Of a DNA stretch of 64,000 nt, positions 12,716 to 24,681 are shown piece after piece. How positions within the stretch are numbered: the first letter of the stretch is position 1; the number at the start of each line of letters is the position of its first letter. The notes beneath the pieces are model-generated. The model was not told the origin of the DNA and made no database searches. It worked only from the letters and a program-made list of their open reading frames with translations. Where the stretch lies: IMG/VR virus record IMGVR_UViG_3300045988_176357, positions 32,001 through 96,000 of that record. One strand, 5' to 3'. The translations under genes and the position numbers were made by a program. Source of the stretch: a virus.

Positions 12716-14440
12716 ATGGCAGCGACCACTAAGAATGTATATTTGAAAAATGTAGCGGGTTAGACACTGTACCCGTATACTACCAATGTGCCGCATAAAG
12801 CTTAGTTTTCGTTTGCCGATGGCTAGCTTGCGCTTAACTTCGATAAAGTCAGAGACGGGCTCGGCCTTACAAGTGACAGTCTCAGTTTCAGTCTTCCCTA
12901 TCAGACCTTTTCACAGGTAACCGACAACCAGGTCATACTCAGCGGACTGCCTGTAGGAATCAAGACGGAGCTCGGAAACTACTATCCTGTGTAGAAGAAC
13001 TCTCTGCAGTTCACATAGACAGGAATCAGCCTGACAGTCACAAGATATCTCGCATACGACGGACTTGATACATTCTCAGGCACATGGACAGCTTACTTTG
13101 CCTGCGGTCGCGACGGACTGCAGGGACCTAAGGGATAGACAGGTGCGGCCGGGCCTGCCAATACACTTTCAATCGGAACAGTTTCTTCCGGTGACACAGC
13201 TTCAGCTACTATTACAGGTGACGCTCCCAACCAGGCACTCAATCTTGTGCTGCCTAAAGGATAGAAGGGAGATACTGGAGCAGACGGCACCAGCGGCGCG
13301 GACGGCATAACACCGCACATAGATAACACCACAAAGCACTGGTTCATAGGCGATACAGACACAGGTATACTTGCTCAGGCCGATCTCGGAGAAGCCAGGA
13401 AACAGATCACCAGTGTCGATGCACAGTTCAGAGCTTCAGTGAACAGTGCTCTTGCACCTGTAGCTATACTTACTGATCTTGGAAACTACTATCCGGTATA
13501 GAAGAACTCTGTTACTGTACAGGATAATACATATACAATTCAGCTTACCAGATACCTTGCGTACGATGGCGTCGACACTTTTACTGGCCCGTGGACAGTT
13601 TACTTCGCAGGCGGAGGCTAGACCGGACAACAGGGCATACAGGGCTAGCAAGGTCCTGCGGGCCCATCCAATACGCTCTCCATAGGTACGGTTACATCAG
13701 GCGACACAGCTTCGGCTACCATTACAGGCACATCACCTTAGCAGGTGTTGAACCTGGTGCTGCCGAAGGGGGATAAGGGAGACACAGGTCAAGCAGGTGC
13801 CGATGGAGCCTCAGCATATCAGGTATGGATCAACAACGGTAACGCAGGCACACAAACAGACTTCCTCGACTCACTTAAAGCTACAGGTTACAGACATCCG
13901 TTCACTGCTGCGGATATAGCAAATGACACGCTCACCATAACGACAACAGGCACTCCTGTATCCATATCCGATCAGGATTCCATTACGTATCCTCTGCAGT
14001 TCGCTTCATACAGAGTGACAGGCACGCAAGTTACGATTGACATGGCTGTGAACTTGAGCGCAATAGGCAAGGGCGTAAGCGGAACATGGTATGTCAACTT
14101 TGCTGCTGGCGGGCCTGGAGCATAGCCTTCCGGCACATATATTACAGAGCAGACCGGCGCTTCATTCACACCTGCTGCAAACAATATCTATAAGCACACT
14201 ATTGTGTCAGGGTAGAGCATCTCTTTCACTTCTACCAACATGAGTGCAGGAAGATGTTCTACATTTGAGCTGTGGCTTATAATGGGATCTGCAGTTGTCA
14301 GCTTCTCTTTGCCTGATACTCTTACATGGGTAGGAGCCGCGCCCAGCTTCGACAGTGCCAATACGCTGTATGCACTTGTAATAAGATGGGACGGATAGAG
14401 CTACATAGCCAATCTGGCATATACAAAGACTGTCGCATAA
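12716..14440 (+). CDS. Tail fibre protein, collagen-like, paralogue of 3885-6767, with an internally duplicated GNYYPVQKNS…RYLAYDG(L/V)DTF(S/T)G(T/P)WT domain.
   Basis: AGGAG RBS and ATG 12716. Frame 2, includes track ORF 13745-14125. About 20 TAGs. TAA 14438-14440. Shares NTL(S/T)IGTVSSGDTA…ITG…LNL(V/T)LPKG(TAG/D)KGDTG blocks with the first fibre. Confidence 0.7.
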
Positions 14441-14449
14441 GGAGTATGA

Positions 14450-14878
14450 ATGTACGCTAAGATATAGAACGGTTCCGTGGTTTATCCTCCACGGAACGAC
14501 GGAAACAGATTCAATGTCGATACCTGTGTATAGTGGCTTCAACAGCACGGCTTCACAGATATGACAGCGTAGCAGCTTGCTCCTTATCTTACACAGGAGA
14601 CAGTGGATTATACAGCTTTCGATAACGCATGTCAGATGTTCCGTCAGGTCTGCTATCAGATAGGCGGAGCCATAGGCAACGCATAGTTCAAAGGAGGCTT
14701 CGACTAGTACGCCTCTTTCATTGACTCACAGTACGCACAATAGAATCCGGCACAGGCTGCTTTATATGCTGCAATGTGGTCCGGTGCTAATGAGTATGCC
14801 AAATATGAAGGCTCCAAGATCGGTCTCGGGCAGCCTGACTGGTGGTACAGGTGCTGGGACATACAGAAGGAAGCATAA
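14450..14878 (+). CDS. Hypothetical protein, possibly a tail fibre assembly or chaperone protein.
   Basis: ATG 14450, frame 2, TAA 14876-14878 overlapping the next ATG (TAATG). Assignment by position only. Confidence 0.35.
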
Positions 14879-16422
14879 TGCCTATTACATAGAAAATATA
14901 CACCGACGCGTAGATGGCTGTTGATCCGCCTGTCGGAGCATTCACTGTATTCCATGGCTACAATAATGGAATGGACAGCACTGACGGCGTAGGTTTGAGG
15001 ATCCTCAAGAGCGACGGCACTATATAGAAAGCCGACGACAATGAAGCGTACCTGAAGCTGTCAGGCGGAACGATGACTGGTGTTATCTAGAGGAGCGGAC
15101 GCTTTGTGCACAACCCGACAGCAGGCGGTGCGCTTGTGCTGTAGGGTGGTAAAGACGGTATATAGCATGGTGGCGGCCTGTGGCTGTACGATGACTAGTA
15201 CGCATCCGCTTAGACATACAGGTTTCTGTTACGAGCTGCAGACAACGGTACATATTCGGATCTGAAAGGCGGACCGCAAGGTCAGCTGTTATGGGGAGGC
15301 AAAAATATCGTTCGCTCTGTCGTTACTTTATCGGGTACCGCCGATGCCAACGGTAATATAAGCCAGGGTACGCTGTTCACAGGCTAGCTTCTCGCTGCCT
15401 CCGCAGATCTGAACAACTACAAGACGCCGGGTTACTACTACAGCAACGCCAATGTGGACTGTGCACAGATGGGCAATCATCCATCCGGTCTGGCAGGAGT
15501 ACTGCATGTAGAGGGACACAATGGAAGTACCATCACGATACAGACGTGGACCGACTATGTTGTTAATAATGCTCAGGGCTAGATATGGACACGCAGATGC
15601 TACAACGGCACATGGTCCGTGTGGTACAGACTGCAGATGGAACCTCCTACTGTCGTGTATGTGGGAGCCACAAGAAGCATCACAAGCATCTCTCAGCTTC
15701 AGCAGTACCTGAATGCCAGAGGCTCGCAGACCAGAGCGATTACGGTGTCTTTTGACGACGGAACGTATGCCGGAACTCTTGGCTGTCTGCGTTGCTCTGT
15801 TGTTCTGCAGAGTACTTCTGCCAATGCCAGCAAGGTAACACTTACAGGGGATATCACTTTCGGTTACTCTGTGTTCAGCAGAGCGCAAAATCTCACAATG
15901 ACAGGCGGCGTCACTTTCCAGAACTGTCTGTGTGCATAGTGCATATCCTGCAGGCTGACAGGACCCAGCAGAACAGCAATCTCTGTTGTCAGCTGCGGGT
16001 CAGCCGCAATCAACTCGGTTACTGCAACAAGGTCAAGCGCTGCAGGGGACGTAATCAATGTCGCATATACACCTAAAGTCAATATCTATAACAGCTCCGC
16101 TACAAGCTACAGCACATCCAGTGGCGCCTGCATCGTTGTAGTAAGCTGCGATATGTGTACCATAACAGGCACTCTCACGTGCAGCACAGGCGCGTATGCA
16201 CTGTATATGCAGAACAGCTTTGTGGAGTTCAATTCAGCGGCGTCTGTGACATGGAACAACATAAGCACCACGTAGCTGTAGGGCAATTTCCGCAATCTGT
16301 GCGTGGCTTACAGCGGCACCACATTCAACAGAACAGGTACGACGGCCGCCAATAAGTGTGTCCCGGCCAACAAGGTGAACGGAAACAGCAACAGCCTTAA
16401 TGTTTTGCCTGACAACTACTGA
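14878..16422 (+). CDS. Tail fibre or tailspike protein with an SGGTMTG motif and a Cys-rich C-terminal domain.
   Basis: ATG 14878, frame 1, includes track ORF 15619-15939. About 12 TAGs. TGA 16420-16422. The GGTMTG motif is common in phage fibre proteins. Confidence 0.5.
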
Positions 16423-16442
16423 GAAGGACAAGGAGACGCCCC

Positions 16443-17039
16443 ATGAAATACGTAGTTTCAAATACTGACAATATCATCATAGCGACACACGACGATAATC
16501 AGAATGTCGAGAACCTGTACAATAACTGCACAGTGTACAAATCGACTGAGCACTATGAGCTTGGCGATACGTTCGTGATTCCTCCTGCCACATATCAGGA
16601 ACTAACGGAATTCCTGTATCAGGAAAAATGCAAGGTTGCATATGGTGGAGTCACTGTCGTCAGAGATTCTCAGCATTATACATTCGAAACCACGCAGGAT
16701 TCCATCACTATGTGCAACAGCCTTGCTCTGGCTATTGCATCGCAACCGGACACGTACACTATATACTGGAAGTGCTGGTGCGACGGCATGCCTAAAATGC
16801 TGGAGCTTACGAAAGTGCAGTTCAACGCGATCTTCGCCTTTGGTATCCAGATGATCAATTAGGCGTTCGCTGTATAGGGCACGCTCAATGCAACAGTACA
16901 GAGCATGCTCTCATAGCAGATGCAGGATCAGGAATACATAGCACAGTTCAAGCAGCAGGCGGAAGAAGCTTTCTCGGCAGTCAACACTGTGTTCAACATT
17001 ACATAGGCGTCGGACTCTTCTTTGACTGAAGCACAGTGA
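16443..17039 (+). CDS. Hypothetical protein.
   Basis: Track ORF 16443-16862 extended through 4 TAGs to TGA 17037-17039. Confidence 0.4.
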
Positions 17040-17085
17040 TGTTAGACTATAGATGTACATTGTAACGCATAATGTACTTTCGTAA

Positions 17086-17130
17086 GGTTTCCCGCGTCGT
17101 CACCATACCGGCGCGGGATTTTTTATTTTG
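17086..17130. terminator. Rho-independent terminator at the end of the tail-fibre block; could act in both directions.
   Basis: Hairpin cccgcg…cgcggg followed by T6. Sits between convergent + and - genes. Confidence 0.55.
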
Positions 17131-17299
17131 CAATCTGTGTACTGTATTTATCGTACTGTTCCTGTGTGATCTTTCCCTGCTGCAGCTGCTATGTCAGCCA
17201 CTTCTAGTCCTGAGCATAATTGTACTTTGCAGTGTCCATGCAGCCTGCACCAAAATACATAGCACAGCCAAGCAGCACCGTAATAAGTATCTTTCTCAT
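17123..17299 (-). CDS. Small lipoprotein, about 58 aa.
   Basis: ATG 17299 overlaps the upstream TGA (ATGA). Signal peptide with lipobox LLGC. 3 TAGs. TAA at 17125-17123. Confidence 0.4.
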
Positions 17300-18108
17300 T
17301 CTGCCTCCAATATAGCTTGTGTCTGCTGATACGCTTCTTCGCGCATACCGAAACCATCCGACCATTTGAGCAGATTCCCGTTGTAGCTCTATGCGGGTCT
17401 TATCAGATGTACATTTGGAAGTTCCAGATATCCTGCCTACTTCAACTGCATCACTTCTCTGTCCATAACAGCATTGAGCAGCTGCAGCAGTCCTGCTATT
17501 CCCTGTACTTCGCCAGTGTACTTTGTAGGCGGTGTCAGCACCACGTACACATCGTCGTACTTCGCTGTCTACTGAACCGAAGGCAACGGTATATTGTTGA
17601 GTACACCGCCATCGCCGTACAGCTCCTGGCCGACTTTAACAGGCATGAACAGAAACGGAATACTTGTAGCTGCAAGCACCCATGTCGGCGTGGCGGCCTT
17701 CATGTGACTCGTATAGTCATCAAGTCTGGTGACAGATACCTGTACACGGTCCATTGCACTGATTGTCATGTTCTGCAGAAGGAATCTTGCGAGTCCGGTA
17801 TTGTCGATGATGTAGTTGCTCTTGCTGTATGCGCTCTTGACAGCCTGCACAGGTGCAAGCTCCATCCACTAAGAGATGCTCTTGTTCTCCATAAGATCTG
17901 TGAACCACTGGCTGTCATGCCCGCTGTAATACAGACCGCTGAAAAGTGCGCCACCTGAAGATGCAAGAACCTTGCCTGGAACAGCTCCATGCTGCTAGAA
18001 GGCTCTGTATACCCCTGTGAGTATCTACGGAGACATTACACCGCCGCCCTGAGCGACAAGCAGCGTGTTGTCCAAGTACTTTATGTCGTTGGAAATAGAG
18101 TCTGACAT
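17296..18108 (-). CDS. Patatin-like phospholipase.
   Basis: Minus strand. AAGGAG RBS then ATG at 18108. GGG…VLASSGGALF (GxSxG-type) plus a DGG motif (YGDGGVLNNIP), i.e. a patatin Ser-Asp dyad architecture. 5 TAGs. TGA at 17298-17296. Confidence 0.6.
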
Positions 18109-18686
18109 TTACGTGCTCCTTATTTTTAGACTACAAGGAAACCAGCGTCTGTCTATAAGGATACCTATGTTTACCATACTTCAGCTTAAGAACAGCCAGC
18201 CTCTGAATCAGGCTTGTCAATAGTACATAAGAGAAACTCTCAATAAATTTTCATTAACAACGGACGGTCTGTGGCTGCGCACGTTAAAGATCGATACTGT
18301 GCAGTTCAAGTGGTGTCCGGCAATGCAGTAGTCGGACATTCTCGGAGCTTTCTGCCCTGTGAGCAGCGACACTGTATATATCCAGCCGCCTGAACTGGTT
18401 GCTAAGCTTGAATAGGATGCATAGACATAGCTGCAGATCGCATGGCTGTAGAGCATATTCTCCACAGTTGTGCATTAGCTGAGGCACATGTATCAGTGGC
18501 GGAAGAACAAGTTCTCCTATACGCTGGCTTCGCTTCCGCTTCTCAGACAGGTTATTCTGTAGAAAGACGCATAGCGCGTTCAGGTGTCCGCCTAGTTGTT
18601 CGCCTAGAGAGAAGCTGTAATACGCAACTAGAAGCGCAACATATCCAAAGGCTGGATGCAGGAAGTTGCAGTAGGGAGTGATTCAA

Positions 18687-18908
18687 ATGCGTAATATGCT
18701 GATTGCTGTTCTGTTGATATGTTCGATCGTTTTCGTGGTAAGCTGTCAGTCGGTTACATAGCGTTAGTACTATGAACCTACATAGCAGACAAGCTTCGTG
18801 GGAACAGACGGGCTCACAAGAGGCGCTGTCAAGAGCTAGAAGGGAAAGAACGGCATTCCCGATTTCTCGCAAAATAAAACTTTCAGTTTCAATCTGCTTA
18901 ATCTGTAA
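18687..18908 (+). CDS. Small lipoprotein-like protein.
   Basis: ATG 18687, frame 0. Signal peptide MRNMLIAVLLICSIVFVVSC. 5 TAGs. TAA 18906-18908. Confidence 0.35.
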
Positions 18909-18919
18909 CAGGAGCAACC

Positions 18920-19141
18920 ATGGCGAAATACATTCAGCCGAAGCATAAGACAGACTTTTCCAATGCCTATGTGTAGCCAGGGAAAATGCTGCTTTTTGTA
19001 TAGTCCGATTCATCTTAGGGATATGTACTTACAGGCAAGAATTCCGCAGGTCAGTTCGTTCGCATATCTGAGCAGAAGCAGGGCATAACATAGGAACAGG
19101 TACAGGCTATATCTCTCAGAAATGCATTAGTGTTCGGTTAA
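18920..19141 (+). CDS. Hypothetical small protein.
   Basis: ATG 18920, frame 2, TAA 19139-19141. Confidence 0.25.
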
Positions 19142-19150
19142 GGAGCTTAG

Positions 19151-21025
19151 ATGTATTAGAAGAGATATACAAGATCACTTGCAAACCCTTTCAGCACACG
19201 GTCCAACAGGTTCTTTCCAAAGACCATCAAGTAGTGCTTCGACTGGGCATAGTACATGCATGACAGATTTCCTGTCATAGGTACAGCTATAAACAAGGTC
19301 GTCAGATACTTCGCTGCCGATATAACAGTAACAAGCAAATAGTCTCCCTCTTAGACTGACACAGACTCGCTCAAGCACACATAGGAGCTGCTCAAGAACA
19401 GTTACAATCTGCTGTAGCTTCTGATACGCATTGGCTAGGAGCTTGCCACAATGGGCAATGTGTTCGTATATGCGATGCCTGTGATCAACCGGACACTGTG
19501 CTGTCCTGAATGTCGTAAGTTCGTGGTAGCCATGGATAAAGTGGTACCGAAAGTAGATTTTCAGTGGGACGGATAGTGCAAAGGCGTGTGTCCTAAGTGC
19601 GGCAAAAAGGTCACTTTTCTGATGGTTGACAAAGTCACCAGTGACTAGCTCGGGCGCAAGATCAGGTTTATGATCTACTCCCCGCGAGATGTTCAGCTCA
19701 AGTTCAATTAGCTTACAGGTTAGTACACATATCTGTACAAGATGCCTTCGCACATCAAGAATGCGATCGTGTAGGGCGATCCTGTATATCTCAGAACAAC
19801 ACCCAAAGTGTTCCTCAAAGGAGCTTTCTCCTAGAAGTTCATATAGTTCCCTGTCGATAAGTTTCTGCATCTCAGGACAGACACGCTGGCTTCCATGGAC
19901 AGGTTCTATAAGGGCTGGGGCACTCCTCTGTTCCTCAGCAGCTTCAACAACATTCTCAGACTGGCATATCTTGATAAGTTCAATTAGGCGGTTGCAACCG
20001 ACTTCATTGCTCCGATAAGAATGATCAGTCCTCCGACACAGCAGCTTCTTGCCGGTCAGGACAACCTCAGGCAGCCTATCAGCGGCCACGCTGTCAAGAA
20101 CTTCATTATGGAAGCCATTAAAGGGATCAGAGAGAATCCCTCTCAGTGGGTGGTATCTCCGTTCCCGCTCAACTATCAGATGCTCGGCGGATAGGCAAAG
20201 CAGCTTGCACCTGTGTAGCTGATGAAGTGGTACTAGGACAGAATTCTGTAGGATATGGCAATTCCTCTGTAGATCAGACAGACTACATTCCAGGCAGTAG
20301 CGCCATCTATGGGTCTCAGAATGTTTTAGCGGCAGTGGATACACTTTACTTCGCATCTTGACTACGGGCTCAGATGGCTTGTAGACAGAATCTGCTAGGT
20401 GCATCTGCTTGATCAGGTGTCGGTACGCCTTGACAAGACATCGTTCGTTTAGGACGACATGCACAAACAGACCATCCTTAACATGATGGGCAGCGGACTT
20501 GTCTCTACAGACACTGTTCTGAGTACTATAGGACTCGACTTCAAGGACTAGGTCAACAAGAAACTTGAAGAACAGAACTACGAAGCAGAAGAAGCCGCAA
20601 AGAGCCAGGCGAATCAGCAGCAGATGTAGATGACTGCTTCTGTATTGCCTCCTCCCGGATCATAGGGCATTGGAGCTGCACAGCTGAACATGTAGATGGT
20701 TCAGCAGGCGAACATGCCTCAGCAAGCTATGCAGCAAGGCGCACCTATGCCAGCAGCTCCTGCAGGAGCAGGCATGCCGCCGATGCCAGCAGGTTTGCAG
20801 AACAGTCAGTCTGCAGGTGTGTAGGCGCTGTTCCAGCAGGCACAGCAGATAGCTCAGCAGATATTCGACACAGGAGTTACGCAGGGTCCTGGTGCACGCA
20901 GAGCTGCTCTTGTGCAGTTGAAGCAACAGAATCCGTAGCTCCATGCACAGGTTAAGCAGATACTGTTGAACATTGATCAGCAGACCGCCTCGCAGGCAGT
21001 AGCACAATCCAAGATGCCGCAATGA
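19151..21025 (+). CDS. Large hypothetical virion protein with a CxxC…CxxC zinc ribbon and a Gln/Pro/Met-rich C-terminal low-complexity tail.
   Basis: Strong RBS TAAGGAG then ATG 19151. Frame 2 stays open (TAG only) to TGA 21023-21025. The overlapping 429-aa minus-strand standard-code ORF is Cys/His/Arg/Leu-rich and reads as antisense. Confidence 0.45.
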
Positions 21026-23154
21026 AGACGAAGATAAGACAGTACCTCGATAAAAGAGCTGCTTTTGACAGGGCGCTCGCCAAGTCTGCAGGCTGGTGGC
21101 AGGACCTGAAGAACTTTGGACAGGCCGTCGGGCAGAACATGGCCGATGCCAACCAGTACTATAAGAATAACAGAGCTATAGACAGGCTGCAGCAGGGCAA
21201 AGGCAATTATGGTGCTTCCGACAGAAAAGCTCTTCTCGATGTCATGCGTCGCAGACAGCAGTTTATCAGAGACCGATCCGGCATGTCCTGGAAAAGTCTC
21301 AACACAGGCCAGGCACTGAACACTGCAGGTACTACAGCGGCTGCGACTGCTGCTACTCTCGCAGGAGGAGAAGTTCTCGGGGCTGCTGCTACAGGTATCG
21401 CAACAGGTGCAAAAGCTGTCAGAGCTGCGCAGACAGCAGCTAAGGCAGCCAAAGATGCGCAGACAGCTGTCAATGCCGTCAAGCCTGCAGGAACAGTCTC
21501 CCGTATGCTACGCACAGGTACAGGGACTTTTATCAAAGACTACCTGACAGGTTAGACAATTGAAGCAGCTCCTTAGGTGTATGCTCAGACAGTCGCAAAG
21601 ATGCATCCGTAGTGGACTCCGTAGCAGCGATAGCAGTATCTCGGTAAAGCGAGACAGTGGGGGAGCACTCTGAACTCTGCGTACTGGACTGGAAGCAGTC
21701 TCAGAGCTCCCGGCAAATTTGGGAAGATACTTGGATTAGGTATGGGCGCCATGGGTCTGACCAATGCATACGCTCAGAATCAGAATCCGACAGAGTACTA
21801 CACTTTACAGGAAATACAGCAGGATCCTTCCAGACTGGACAGAATGCCACAGCTGACAGGACAGCAGCGCACTGTCATGCAAAGCTATCAGCAGTAGTTG
21901 AACAACCCGATGCAACGATTCGTTCGTCCATTCAGAACTCCTGGACAGTTCTTGTTCATACCTGGTGTAGGCTCAGTTGAAGATGTTGTTCCGTAGGGCA
22001 ATAATACTGTCGACTACGCACTTGGAAGAACACCGGATACTTATAATTTACAGCGTACACAGCAGGATCGTGCTGCAGCATACAGAACTCTGGAGTAGGA
22101 TCCGAATAACCCTACAGCTGAGCGTGTACTGGAGAATACGCCATAGTATGTGCGCCAGACAATCCGGAATAATGGCGACACGACAAAGAATACAGTGCAT
22201 GCTACAGCGTAGTAGGCATACAGATCATATTTCATGAAGCCTTAGGCGTAGCAGGATCCCGCATAGTTGCAGAGGCTTAGAATAGCCGCTCTGTAGTAGC
22301 AGCGCAATGCAGCAAGGTATGCAGCGCAAAATACAGGCTTGGTACAGGCAGGATTCGGCAAAATGATTCCTGCCTCTGTGGTGCAGCAGGGTGTTGTCGA
22401 CGCTACAAAGCAGAAGATGCAGCTCTACAAGCAGTTGTCGCAATAGAAAGATCCTGTTAAGCGTCAGCAGATACTGGAGCAGCTGCGATACGGCAACCAG
22501 CAGGGAGCCATAGGTGCATAGGCGCTGAAAGCCAAGTGGTCTCCGCAGATGCGCAATCAGGTTGTACAGCAGGTTGTTGGAGATAACGCAGATCTGACTC
22601 AGCTGCATCAGATGGTACAAGGTCAGAATGATTACAATAAATGGCTTGCGCAAAATAATCTGCAGCAAGATTCCGACCAGTATACCGCTTAGATAGCTGC
22701 AGGTATGAAAGACAGATATGTGCAGAACATCAAGAAGCAGATAGCTTCCACTGACGATCCTATAGGATACGCATAGAAGCTTCTTATGTTGAAGCAGCAC
22801 GCAGGATAGGACACTGCTGAACTTGGCAAGTAGCTGTACGACCAGATATATCCCAGAGTGAAGTAGCAGATATGGAAAGATCCTATCAATAACCTGCCGC
22901 AGGCTATTAAGCTGTGGGGAATGTCTAAGGGTTACTCCAAGTAGTTCCAGAACTTGTTCGGATCCAAGTCGGGTCTGTGGGGAGCTGTCGGCCTTGGTGC
23001 AGGTCTTCTCGTAGGGCTTCCTTTACTTTACAGCCTATTTAGCGGACGCGCATAGACACCGCAGGTTAACTATAAGGATGCCAGGTTCCAGCAGATGCTT
23101 GACTAGGCTGTGCAGATGAATATGCGCAGACAACAGGAAGGACATTACGCGTGA
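21022..23154 (+). CDS. Large Gln-rich alpha-helical protein with a C-terminal transmembrane segment. Candidate tape-measure or internal/ejection protein.
   Basis: ATG 21022 (ATGA overlap). Frame 1 verified codon by codon at 21550-21720. About 40 TAGs. TGA 23152-23154. Confidence 0.5.
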
Positions 23155-23210
23155 ACTAGCTGCCGAAATCAAATCCAATATCCAAGCTTGTATAGAGCTA
23201 CCAGAGTAAG

Positions 23211-23924
23211 GTGAAGAGTCCCTTAGGGCAGTCTTTACTGCTCGCAGGTATTGGATTGCCTGCTGCTTATATGCTTAAGCGCCCTGTTAACAAGCTGTTG
23301 AAACATTTGGGAAGAGATCCCAGAATTAACGCGGCTCTTGGAACACGTCCTGCGTAGATGGAATAGGGCCTGGACTAGATGTAGAACTCATGGGTCGGCA
23401 AGCATGGTCTGCCTCTGATGCTTGGTCTGACTCCAGCTGCTATTGCTCTGGCTATGAATGTCACTCCAGGGCAGCCTTATTCCGGACTCACTTCATGGGC
23501 TGTAAAGAAGAAAGCCGCACTCAAGAAGATTGCTTCTTTATGGTAGGCTGACGGATATCAACCGCAGATAGACTTCTCGCAGACACTGAATCCTAATACA
23601 GTTGTCAGCATGATACAGCATAATCCATACCTGAAGGATTCACCGTATTAGCGTAATCTTGGTACATCTATTATCACAGCAGCTAAAGCATACGGTAACT
23701 AGACGACGCTTGGCAGCATTTATGACAGCGCTGTCAACAAGTTCGATACCAAGCTCAGATTTGAGGGTGTTACAGATAAAGCTGTCAAGAGTCTTGTTCA
23801 GGGTTCTCTGGCAGGTATGTTTACAGATGTGGTCGGTTCCGTGATGGGGCTGCCTTAGCCTGTAAGAGGTCAGGTTGCCAATACTGCCGGATTTGCACAG
23901 GCTCTGTACTCGATACTGAATTAA
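23211..23924 (+). CDS. Hypothetical membrane protein.
   Basis: Frame 0, GTG/ATG start uncertain, TAA 23922-23924. Confidence 0.35.
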
Positions 23925-23947
23925 TGTATACGTAATAAAGGGATACA

Positions 23948-24247
23948 ATGAAATACTCTGATGTTTATAGACAGATGAACAAGGAAGCAGGACTTGGGTA
24001 GGCTCTGGCAAACGGAGCATATCTGATCGCGGCTGTGACTATGCTGACTCCTGCTGTTGGCGGCGCCGCTGCCGGATATGCAGCAGGCAAACTTACGACA
24101 CCTGGCGTTCAGGACGTATAGAACCTGTAGAAGTAGCACAGGCTTGCCAGACTCAAAAGAGACAATGAAACACAGCGTCTTCTCTAGCAGCGTGAAGACA
24201 CCAATGCAGCCTACAGTAAGAAAGTCAAGCCGATGAGGTTTGCCTGA
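23948..24247 (+). CDS. Hypothetical membrane protein.
   Basis: ATG 23948, frame 2, TGA 24245-24247. Confidence 0.35.
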
Positions 24248-24681
24248 TGCATAGTATCGGACCATAGGAAGCACTTCTGATGCAGCTGGACCAGGAATAG
24301 GAACCGGCGCTGACAGTCGACACTTCGCAGTCCATGTGGGACTACAGAAACAGGAATACATACAATGGAATTCCTGTCGAGCAGACTGCACAGGATCTGA
24401 AAGTCAATAATGCATAGTAGTTGTAGAGAGCTCTTCAGCTGAAGCAAGGCGTTGTCGTCTGGACAGGCTATCTGTCACCTTAGTACGACGACAAGAAATC
24501 TGTTTAGCAGTACAGAGATATCAGACAGAAGTAGGCTTAGGGTCTCATTCGTGTCTACAGCTAGGACAGACAGTTCTGCCCTCAAATCAATAAATTTCTT
24601 GTGCTTGTTACATACGCATCTCTTAGCTATTAGCTGAATCCGAGACTTGAATACCTCAAATAGGAACAGAACAATGAGTGA
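24247..24681 (+). CDS. Hypothetical protein.
   Basis: ATG 24247 (TGATG overlap), frame 1, TGA 24679-24681. Confidence 0.35.

Noticed and set aside
19175-20464. 429-aa standard-code ORF on the minus strand (the longest intact ORF in the track after 36099).
   Set aside because: Composition is Cys/His/Arg/Leu-rich and low-complexity, typical of the antisense of a + strand gene. The + strand in frame 2 gives a continuous, protein-like ORF (19151-21025) with a perfect AAGGAG RBS once TAG is read through. Antisense of TAG is CTA (Leu), which explains the Leu excess.
21657-21980. 107-aa + strand ORF without TAG, in frame 0.
   Set aside because: It overlaps the frame-1 ORF 21022-23154. That ORF is continuous over 2.1 kb, protein-like, and was verified codon by codon from the 21553 TAG onward. 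The frame-0 ORF is a chance open frame.
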